Assembly (NCBI GenBank): GCA_013239625.1
Contig: MU056960.1
Span: 11,860,698 to 11,924,697 of the forward strand
DNA from: Lama guanicoe
Lineage: Eukaryota
Direction of reading: 5' to 3'
DNA length: 64,000 bases
Shown: in pieces, positions 23,286 to 33,413 of the stretch
How the letters are laid out: every line of letters starts with the position of its first letter
Position numbering within the stretch: the first letter of the stretch is position 1
Notes under the pieces: generated by a model
What the model saw: only the letters and a program-made list of their open reading frames with translations
What the model was told of the DNA's origin: nothing
Databases searched by the model: none
Program-made: the position numbers and the translations under genes

Positions 23286-24857
23286 TATAAATGACTTGGC
23301 CGTGTCCCCTCTCCCTGTATACCTCAGTGCACAACCACAGCTCCTCAGCAAATATTGGTTTTCAGATTCATTTACTCTTACATCTCACTCTGCCATCTGT
23401 GGTAATGAGCGATTTCTTCTTTGGAGAGGTTTTCATCGCAGAAATATTCCATGGGAAGACATCTCATTGTAAAATGAAAGGGAAAGACAACACAAAAATC
23501 CTATATCCATATGGAATCCGTTAGCTTTCTTACCAGTCTCTCTCCACCTCCTCCCCAGGCCGGTGGACTCATCACCAATATGGAAAAGGCAATAGCTTTA
23601 CCAATCCTAGAGTCCAATAGGTCTTAGGTGTTCAAACCAACAGAATTTTCCCTGCCAAAGGGGAGCTCAGATTGTAGGATCCTTGCAAAATATGCACACG
23701 TGGGTCCAGGCCAAGTGCAAATCATGCTCTGGCCCTGTCTGGAGGGCTGGCTGTGCAGGGAAAGGAGCCCAAGGCAGCGAGCTCAGAGACCCCAGCCTTG
23801 TCTGCCTCTGCTGTGCAGCTGCTTGGTAGGACTCCAGGTACCAGTCACCTCTTGCGGAGCCTCAGCATCTTCACCGCATTTGAAAAAGGGCCGTGACAAG
23901 AGTAGTGGGCATTCCTTTCAGTGAACGTTCACGCACTCACCTTCCCCCGTCCCTGCCTTCACCTTCTCATCTGCTCTGTCCTCAGCCTGGAGGCCTCGAC
24001 CATGTCTACGGGAAGAACTCGTGGGTGAGGCAGAGCTTCGCCCCTGGGGACTGTCCAGCCCAGTCTCAGCCTCATTTCTACCTCTCTGACACAAGCTGCC
24101 TGGCGCCAAACTATGCCACAGTCTGTTGGCTGCCCTCCTGCCAACCCCAGGCCTGAGCTGGAGCAGGAAGTAGAACAGAACTGAACACCCAGCTCTGATT
24201 CCCACGTCTTGGCCCCTCTGCTCCCTTTCTCCAGAGCCTGTCCTGAAACCTAGACAATCACCTACTTCACCCAAACTATTATCTATCTGGGAATCTTACC
24301 TTTTCAATTATTTTCTGCTTTAGTCCAGCTCCTGGACACCTATGTCATATTCCAGACCCCATTTTGGACTAAAGCCTTAAACTTGAACCCGAACCTAGTC
24401 AGTGATTTGGTCTGTTTCTTACTGAGAGGTATTCTCAGTGGCAAGAGTCTACAGGACTGTCCAACTAGGCGTGCCCCTCCCCCTTGGCGGGAGCCCCATT
24501 ACTGCTCACTGCCCATCTGCCAGTGCTACCTGCAGCAATTAAAGATGGCCCCACTCTTCTTTCATCTGCCCCTGCAGTCCCTGCAGCTGGGTTGACTGCC
24601 ACAGAGCCTGGCTTACCCCAGGGGGTAGGCGTGAGCCATGTCCATACCTCTTCTGGCCCGGCTCATGCTCATATCCCAGGTAAATGAGGCCCCATTCTTC
24701 ATCCTGAGCCTGGTCCTCAAACCCGCATCTCCATCCCCTTTGGAAAATATATGAGCTACCTTTACTTAGGGTGACACTGATTCTGCTGCCAACTGCGCAC
24801 TTGGTTGACACAGCGGACTGCTCTTTCCACCACTGACCACTTTATTCCCTTAGGGAC

Positions 24858-25327
24858 TGTATTAATTTCCTTCTGATGCTATAACAAATTACCACAAACT
24901 TAGGGGCTTAGGCAATCCAAATGTATATCCTAATTTATTAATAAACATTCATTATCTTGAGGCCAGAGCCTCACTTTGCTAAAACAAAGGTGTCAGCCAG
25001 TTCCCTCTGGAAGTTCTAGAGAGAATCCATTCCTTGTCTATTCCAGCTTCTAGAGGCTGGACACGTTCCTTGGTCGGTGGCCCCTTTCCAGCTCAAAGCC
25101 AGTAACTTCATCACACTGACTCTGCTTCCATTGTCACATCTCTTTTTCTCATCCTCCTGCCTCCTCCCTTCCTTATGATTACACTGACACCCAGAAGAAT
25201 CTCTCCATCTCCAAATCGTTAACTTCATCACATATGCAAAGTCCCTTTTGCCACATAAGGAAACCGATTCACAAGTTATGAGACTAGGATGTGGACATCC
25301 TTGGGTGTCATTGTTCCACTGATCTCA
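24858..25327 (-). mobile_element. MLT1D solo LTR
   Basis: TGTATTAATTTCC...TAACAAATTACCACAAACTTAG...GCAAAGTCCCTTTTGCCACATAAGG; TSD GGGAC/GAGAC. Confidence 0.9.
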
Positions 25328-25399
25328 GAGACCAGGACATTTCCCTCTCCAGTTTTTTCTCCCTTTCTGAGTGCTCTGCCTCCCTTTTCGTCAATGGAT

Positions 25400-25640
25400 C
25401 TTTATTCCCCAAAGATCTCTGAAACATTGGTGCACCCACCCCTCCCATGACTGCACTGTGGTCCTGCTCCCACTACACAGCCTCCCTGTGCACTCTCACT
25501 TGCAGTCATGATTTAGGTCACACACTGATGAATTCCTAAATAGAGGTTTCCAGCCCAGTCCTTCCTCCTGAGACTCATACCTGTACATCCAGCTGTCTGA
25601 CTCTGGTCCTCTGCCTGGGTACATGTCAAGAGCACTGTTC
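25400..25640 (+). mobile_element. L2 fragment
   Basis: TCCAGCCCAGTCCTTCCTCCTGAGACTCATACCTGTACATCCAGCTG. Confidence 0.65.
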
Positions 25641-25929
25641 CCAAAGGGCAGTGGGCCCCAGATCAAAGTCAAGAAGTACACCCAAAGTCAAAACCTCAGC
25701 AGGGGGACCTCTGGAGGTTAAATTGTAACTTTTAGTGCCATAATTGAAGAGAAAAGCTTATTTTTGCAGAAGAAATAAACACAAACATCTTCAATGTATT
25801 CATCTTATTTTCTTGACACATAAAAAGTCCCACTTTCTACATCTTGCTCTCCTAGAACCTTATCCATAGGAGAAAAAAAAAACCTTAAAAATAATACAAG
25901 GAAGAAAGTTACACAGGATAACAATGTAA

Positions 25930-26150
25930 ATGACTATCATTTACTGAGAACTTACCAGGAATTGTATTAAGCATGTACATGAAATATTTCATCTCATTTA
26001 ATCCCTATGACAAGCCAGTGCAGTATTTTTAATAGTAAATGAAGAACGTGTGTCTTGGGAGTTTAAGTAACTTGCCAAGTTCACACAATCAATAAGAAAC
26101 AGAACCTGGACTTGAACCAAAGTCTGCTTGACATTAGTGTCCAGACTATC
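25930..26150 (-). mobile_element. MIR SINE
   Basis: CATTTACTGAGAACTTAC...TTAAGTAACTTGCCAAGTTCACACA...CTTGAACCAAAGTCTG. Confidence 0.85.
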
Positions 26151-27801
26151 GACACTCAGGGTTGAGATAAGAAAGACGGATGCCCACGGACAAAGCTCAG
26201 GTGAAAGCAAAGAGGAAATAGCTTCTCTGCTTCCGTAAGGCAACACTCATACTTCCTGGTTTCATTTTTTTCCCCCTCCCGGATTCTGCAGGCCTGGAGA
26301 GACAGATCTGTGTCTCCCTGCTAACTAGCACACACGCCACCCCTTCCCAGGCTCCGAGGTCACATTACCCAGCCCACTGGCCCCGAAGAGGGTTGGAGCA
26401 ATGAACGTACCCTGGGGACAGGCAGCCTGGGAACTGCCTGCCCACTTGCCACAGGCCCCCATCATGCCTGTGTATAATTCACACTGGTCAGAGGGAATCA
26501 CTGTTGGCTATTGATTCTGGAAGGAGTGGAGGCAAAGAGAACAAATGCAGTCCAGTAATAACGCAGCGATGGGGAGAGATGAGAGGAGAGACCGCAATTT
26601 GACTTGACTCCTTGGTGGTCAATAGGCTGTTTACTGAGATGCATTACTCCTCTGTTCCTGAATCCCAAGTGCATGGGCATCACCTGCGAGCTCCTGGGTC
26701 CCTTCTCACTTCTGGGCTTATCCTAATGGATGTGGACTAGCTTCGTACAGTATTGGGACAATGGTAGTCCCCACGTGGTGCCCCAGAAGGCACAACAAAG
26801 GGAAGCAGTTTCATCCTGTAATCCTCCAGTGGGAGCAGATGTGCACTTTCTAACCTCCTGTCCCAGCCACCTTCCTCTTCACACCCCTCTTCCTGTTCAT
26901 GACTTTCTTTTCACCAGTGTTAAATTCGATGATTCATTCTGCTACAAAAATGTTGTTAAGAAAAAAATGAGAGAGACAGACAGACATTGAAAGGGAGAAA
27001 GAAAGGGAGGGGAGAAGGGAGGGAGGGGGAGAGAGAGCGCATCCCTTCCTCTGTTTGGGACAACATTTTTTCATTATCCCACCACCCACTGCAGGATGAG
27101 TGCCTTGTTACCTGCAATGGATGAAGAAAAGGACAAGAAATTGCAGAATTTGAAGCTATGTCTGCCGTTATGGAGAAGCTAAGATTGTGAAGAAACAAAG
27201 ATTAAAATTAAGGTAAGAGTGTAGTTCTGAAGCTCAAGAAGTCTCTGTTTGAAAAGGAAAGATGTGGAGGTAAAGAGGGTCAGCACGTATTAACAGGAAG
27301 AGGCTGAGATTTGGTCAGCTGACCAATTTCAATGCAAATTTGACCCCATCCATTGTAAGCATCGAGCAGTTCCTCCCCACAGGCCATACCCCAATTCGTT
27401 TTTTGATAGCTGTCTAGCAGTTCTTTAAATATGGAGTTCCAGAAAGATTCATGTCCAAAAGAAAATGCAAAATTTCTTTCTTTTTTTCTGTATTTCTTTT
27501 TTCTTTCCTCCTTTCCTTAGGTGAGGTGATAGTTTTGTGACTGCCATGCATGTTTTTCTTTCACGTCCATTACAAATAATATCTATTCTTGGCTGGTTTT
27601 GTCCAAAGGAATTCTTCTAGAAATACCTTGAAAAAGCAAGGGCTGACCTCACTACACATTCATTCATGAATACAAGAATTGGTTGAGAGCCCATTGTATG
27701 CCAGGCAAGTAAGAGTAGAGACCAATTCTCCAGAAAAGAACAAATGATACATTGTTGACCTTTTAAGGGCCTTCATAAGTGATGTCAAGAATGACTAAGA
27801 G

Positions 27802-27987
27802 TAGGGGAGGGTATAGCTCAGTGGTAGAGTGTGTGGTTAGGATGCATGAGGTCTTGGGTTCAATCCCCAGAACCTCAATTAAAGTAAATAAATAATGAAT
27901 AAATAAACAAACCTAATTACCTTCCCCTCCCCCAGAAAAATTAAAAAAGGCAACTTGCGAAAAATAGTACATCACATTAAAAAAAAA
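27802..27987 (+). mobile_element. Camelid tRNA-derived SINE (Vic-1 type)
   Basis: GGGGAGGGTATAGCTCAGTGGTAGAG (A box), GGTTCAATCCC (B box), AATAAA repeats, AACCTAATTACCTTCCCC, A tail; TSD 27787-27801 / 27988-28002. Confidence 0.92.
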
Positions 27988-28001
27988 AAGAATGACCAAG
28001 A

Positions 28002-28659
28002 GAAAACAGTATAGAGTGTCCTTAAAAAATGAAAAATAGAGTTACCATATGATCTAACAATCCCATACCTGGACATATACCTGGATAAATCCCCAGTTCA
28101 AAAAGATATATGCACCCCAATATTCATAGAAGCACTATTTACAATAGCCAAAACATGGAAGCAATGTAAATATCCATGGACAGATGATTGGACAGATGAT
28201 TGGATAAAGAAGTTGTGGTATATATACACAATGGAATACTACTCAGCTATAAAAAAGAATGAAATAATGCCATTTGCAGCAACTTGGAGATTATCATACT
28301 AAGCAAAGTAAGTCAGTGAAAGACAAATATCACATGATACCACTTACATGTGGAATCTAAGAAAATGAGACAAATGAACTTATTTAGAAAACAGAAACAG
28401 TCTCACAGACATCGAAAACAAACTTACAGTTACCAAAGGGGAACGGAGGAGGGGTGGGATAAATCAGGAGTTTGAGGTTAGTAGATACAAACTACTATAC
28501 ATAAAAATAGATAAACAAGGGCCTACCGTATCACAGGGAACTAAACTCAATAGCTTGTAATAACCCATAATGAAAAAGAATATACATGACTGAATCACTG
28601 TGCTGTACACCAGAAACTAACACAACACTGTAAATCAACTACACTTCAATTAAAAAGAA
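28002..28659 (+). mobile_element. 5'-truncated cetartiodactyl/camelid L1 (ORF2 end and 3'UTR)
   Basis: AAATAGAGTTACCATATGATC...GAAATAATGCCATTTGCAGCAAC...TGTACACCAGAAACTAACACAACACTGTAAATCAACTA; TSD 27988-28001 / 28660-28673. Confidence 0.95.
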
Positions 28660-28974
28660 AAGAATGATCAAGAATTTCCACATCTATGAGAATAGCGGTC
28701 CTTTCAGGCCCATGTTCTAGCTCTGAAAGTGGCACCAGGGAACACTTGAGGAAGAACAGGTTAATTACAAATACTGCCTTCAAGATTCTAAGTTGTCTCC
28801 AGTAACCTGGTGACACTAGGCTGCTGCACACAGCATGATGCCTGGGACACCAGAGGTCTCACTAAAAGAGATCAAACGTGGAAGACCGAGAGGTCAAGTG
28901 TGGAAGGCTACTGCATGCATCTAAAGGCAGTCACATGCTCATACTTGATTACTGCCAAACCACTTGGAAAATAA

Positions 28975-29095
28975 AAGCTAACATCTAATGAACAATGATT
29001 CTATGCCAGGCACTGTGAGATGTACTTTACATACATTATCTCCTTATAACTCCCAATGGCCGCATGAGGTAGGTCATTTTACAGATAAGCAAATG
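28975..29095 (-). mobile_element. MIR SINE fragment
   Basis: CTATGCCAGGCACTGTG...CATTTTACAGATAAG. Confidence 0.8.
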
Positions 29096-29740
29096 GGCGT
29101 TGTAATCTCTGATGCCCTCCTGCTCCCCTTGGAAGCAGCAATGATGCTCCAGCTGACTTTGGGGAGAGGCTGGGTGCACTGGAGAATCATATAGCTGAAT
29201 ACAGAGAAAGAAGTGCTGAGATGGTACCTATCTCTGCTCTTAGGAAATCCCCAAGTGCACATACTGAAAAGGATTCAGGGCTGATTTCTCATCCAAACCA
29301 ATGACACAATAAGCTTTACTTTACCCCAGCACTCCACCCAGCAGGGGCCCAAAGGGTTCCCATAATTCCCTCACCAGCCAACTATAGTCAGTTAATTTTT
29401 ATTATCATAACCCAGACTCCCTGGTATGTAGAAAAAACCTACTTCCTACCCCAGAAGAGATAATATTTGAGGGAGTGTTATGGCCCCAAAGGCCCTTTTG
29501 TTTTTTCAGTTCACTTATTTTTAAAAAATTTTATTAAGAGGCTACCAGGGCAGTGCCAGGCACTAGAAAGAGAATGGTGGACAAGACAGACATGCTCTCT
29601 GCCCCCACAGTTCACAATCCAGCAGTCACTCCATTTCAATAGAGACACTGTCAATCTAGAAAATGCCCAGAAGGAAGGCAGAAGAGAAAAAGGTCAAGAA
29701 ATCATATAACAAAGTAACAAAGTCATGGGCAATTTTTGAA

Positions 29741-30000
29741 CAAACTAGTGACCCGTGGGGAGAGAGAAAGAGGAAGGGGCAAGATAGGGATATGGGAATA
29801 AGAGACACAAACGACTACATATGAAATATAGGAGCAACAAGGATAGACTGCACAGCACAGAGAAATATGGCCATTATTTTGTAATAACTTTCAATGGAGT
29901 ACAATCTACAAAAATATTGAATCGCTATGTTGTACACCTGAAACTAATACAATATCATAAATCAACTATACGTCAATGATTTTTTAAAAAAAGAAAGGAA
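29741..30000 (+). mobile_element. L1 3' end (laurasiatherian type)
   Basis: GCAACAAGGATAGACTGCACAGCACAG...GCTATGTTGTACACCTGAAACTAATAC; both flanks end in AATTTTTGAA (decayed TSD). Confidence 0.9.
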
Positions 30001-30714
30001 AACGTCGGTAATTTTTGAAGCTGGTTGATGAGTACATGGGGGAACATCTTACTATCCTCTCTATTTTGGAATGTGTCTGAAAACTTGTGACAGTCATCTA
30101 ACGAGTTGGTCATGCTGAAAATGAAGTGAATGTGTTGCGTGTTGCCCAAGAGGTTAATGAATACCCCTTAAATTGCTTAGCACTTTTGAAACCAATGTGG
30201 TCACTATCAATCCTCACAGGAGTGGTGTCAGGGGAAGTAATAACTCCTATGTTATGAACGAGGGAAAGATTAGGCTCACAGAAGCTCAGAGCTGGAAGGG
30301 ATCCAAGAACTCAATTCTCCATCCTAAGGTTTGACTTGATTACAATCCCATCCACCACAACACATTAAGATAGCTTGGGCCTAATATGAGCAAGAACTTT
30401 TTAAAGTCTGAAAATGGTACAGGCATCCTTGAAAAGCACTGTGTCTCTGGCCCTGTGAGTCTCAAGCACATGGTGGAAGCTTCTTCCGCTAGAGGTGACT
30501 CAGAGAGATTTCTGCTGTAGGTGGGATTATGGATTGAAAAATATCAAGGGAGCCCTCCAACTATTACTTTGCCACTGTGCTGAGGATTTCGGAAGGCTTC
30601 TCTGTACTTCCTCACTGGTTCCTTCCTGGGGAGAAGAGGGGAGAGCGGACCTCCAGGTAGGACTTTGGTTCCCATGTGTACCTTGGGAGGAAAGAACGCC
30701 GAAATGAAACCAAC

Positions 30715-30850
30715 TCCCATTTAACGAGCAAGAACACTCGGCCGTGCACTTGTTGAGTTTATATGCATTATCTCACCTAATCTCCACATAAATCTAGTAG
30801 GCAAATACTGTAATTACACCAAAACGGAGTAGTCATGGAGAATTAAAGTA
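30715..30850 (-). mobile_element. MIR SINE fragment
   Basis: CATTTAACGAGCA...TGCATTATCTCACCTAATCTCCACA. Confidence 0.65.
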
Positions 30851-32207
30851 ACATCCAGCTGACAAAACATTCTTAACAAGAATCTCAACGCTAACCTTCA
30901 GTTGATAGAGAGAGACAGCACCACTCCTGGGACAGTCTGCGCTCCCTTCCTTGTTTAGAATTCTCTGGCACCCAGGGAGGCCAGCCCAAGACAGGGCACT
31001 TAGGGAGTGGGGAGGAAAAACAAAGGCACCTACAGAGCCAATTAGTGAGTTGAAATTCAACTCCAAAACCTAACTGTTGGTTCCTTGAGTTGAAGTCATG
31101 AGCTTTGATCACAGTTACTAAATCCTGAACCGGGCTGACTGGCCTCAGTTCCCCACAGGGAAAGGTAAACATTCTTGTGGAAATGCAAACATATCACTTG
31201 TGGTCTAAAATGGCCTGTAATGGAAGCATAATTTCTTTTGGAAACAAGCCCCCCCACCCCCAATAAAGGTAAAGGTTGTTGTTTTTACCGCCTGAAGGGA
31301 TGATCTTCCCTACGGGCAGCCAGGGCTCTTCCCCTGGTAGTGACAGCGCCCGCAGGGCAGATAAGGAATGAAGTAACGCATTTCCCTACCGAACTCCTGC
31401 TGGCTCCGCTTAAGGAGTCAGCGCCTCCTCCACAGGGGGGGTGAGTGTCACCCACTGTAGTTTCCTCTGAAAGGGAGGTGGATAGGTGAGGCTGAGAAGG
31501 TATAATTACGGGTGGAGCCGGGAGCATCTTGGATTGTGATACCAGGCGAGGCTTTCTCTGCCGAGTGCTCCCCTGAAAGAACCCTCCCCGCCACCTTTAT
31601 CAAATCTGCCGTCAGCGGAGCGCCCCTGTTATTAAATGCCTCTTGGCACGTCTGCATGGGAGGCATAATCACAGGTGGTAGACCTGGAGGGGAAGCTGTT
31701 CAAGGGGAGGAAAGAAAGAAAACACAAGGATGAGCTGACTAAAAACATAGAAATGAGGTGGAAAAATTCGATTAGAGACCTAGGGAAGGTGAGAGGAAAT
31801 GAAGAAATGGGGTGGTGTCGGCAAGGTGGTGGTGGTGGTGGGGATCCTGAATCTTTCTTTAGCTCTTGTGTGGGTGGGTCAGAATCCTTTTGCTTTTCAG
31901 TCTGGAAAGCAGAAGATTCTGCAAAGGTGAGAAACAGGAGAGAATGTGTCGTCCAGGCCTGGCCACATCCCCTGACCCACCTGCTAACTCATTTCAGTGA
32001 AATAATGGAGTAACAGATAAAAAAAACTAGAAAGCTACTTGCAGTGTACCTGACCTGGCCTTTGGCAGGTGCATCAAAAACACAAATGACCTCACAAAGC
32101 CCAGGCACTAGGACATTAAGCAGGGTTTGTGACCAGAGTCATCCTCATGATGGGCCAGTGAACTATAAAGGCAGTTCTCAGCCACCAAAACTAAAGTTGT
32201 ACTGGAG

Positions 32208-32362
32208 CAGAGGTTAGCCAACCCTACCTGCAGGGCTTTAAAAACAACTCAATGTCCAGGCCAATTAAAGCAGAATTTCTGGGGGTGGGGCTCAGGCATC
32301 CCCATTTCTTTTCAAGCTCCCCTAAATGATTCTAATGTCCAGCCAGGGTGGTGCCTCTACTG
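32208..32362. mobile_element. MER5A-type MITE
   Basis: CAATTAAAGCAGAATTTCTGGGGGTGGGGCTCAGGCATC...TGATTCTAATGTCCAGCCAGGG. Confidence 0.85.
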
Positions 32363-32399
32363 TCGAGGAAACGGGGCTCAGGCTCTATGTCCAGGGAAT

Positions 32400-32650
32400 G
32401 TCTGTCTCCCTCTCATCTAAATCCTCCCCAACCTTCAAGGCGCAGCTGAAAGGTCACCCCAGGAAAACAGCCGTTCCAGAGCCTTCACCAAGTGCAAGAG
32501 AATGAGTTAAGTGCTGTAGGAGACACTAATCAGCGTGAGACGGCCTCTGCCTGGTGTACAAACGCAGCGAGGAGGAAAGCGTGTGTCTGGTACAGAAGGG
32601 GGCTCAATAAATATTTATGAAACAAAAGGATGAATGAGTAAATAAGTGAA
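32400..32650 (+). mobile_element. L2 3' fragment
   Basis: CCTTCAAGGCGCAGCT...GCTCAATAAATATTTATGAA. Confidence 0.7.
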
Positions 32651-32809
32651 TGGCTTAGCAACAGTGAAACAGTGACTGAAATACACGAAAAGCAGAGAGG
32701 TCCGCACTGAGTGAGGACTGATCAGTGGGGAGGGGTTGGAGAGTCTCTAGAGGGGGCGTTTGAATATAAAGGTATCATTTGAATTGGGCCTTGAAGGGTG
32801 GTTGGTAAT

Positions 32810-33010
32810 AACGTCTAACATTTGTTCAGAGCTTTAAAGTTGATCAATGTTTGACATACATTAACTCACTTAGCGGCTTTCAATAGCCTTTGAAGTGGCG
32901 TTTTGACCCCTGCTGTAGAGGTGAGGAAAGGTCAAATGACCTAACCAAGGGCAGGTAGCTAGTGAGGGAGGGAGGCTGGACGCTAGTCTAGAAGCCACTG
33001 ACCCTTTATG
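32810..33010 (-). mobile_element. MIR SINE (diverged)
   Basis: GAGGTGAGGAAAGGTCAAATGACCTAACCAAGG...AGCTAGTGAG. Confidence 0.65.
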
Positions 33011-33413
33011 ATGCTGCTGGCGACTCATGTCATAAGTCACTTAGGGGGAAGGACATTCTAGGACCAGAAGACAGTATAAGACAGAAACAGTTGCTCCATT
33101 CTGAGCACGTGGCTGGTACAGGGAAAGCTGGTTTCCCTTCCAACTTTCTTCTTTTTAGAAAGAGAATTTCTCCTTTAGGAAGAGAACCGCGAGTGCCAAG
33201 GAGACGGGGAGACTGGAGAGCAGAGATGTTGGTAAGAGTGTCCCCAGGGACCCCGGAACCCTCCAAGCAACTGGTGCACATGTCTCTCGAGGCCCTTGGC
33301 CTGCTGTCCGGGGCATTCTTCTCTGATGAACTTGTCTCACCTCCCCTCCTACGTGACAAGCTCTTTGGCCACACACTGGCCACATTTATGTTTGAGTTTC
33401 TCTGAAACTCAGC

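Noticed and set aside
27005-27029. G-quadruplex-capable G tracts (also 55779-55796 and 57718-57732)
   Set aside because: Common low-complexity sequence with no evidence of function
27121-27212. In-frame TGA in MKKRTRNCRI*SYVCRYG… as a possible selenocysteine or readthrough codon
   Set aside because: No resemblance to a known selenoprotein and no SECIS seen; a chance stop is the simpler explanation
27804-27875. tRNA-like sequence as a functional tRNA gene
   Set aside because: It is the head of a SINE with an A tail and TSD
28177-28204. 12-bp tandem duplication TGGACAGATGAT inside the L1
   Set aside because: Ordinary slippage duplication
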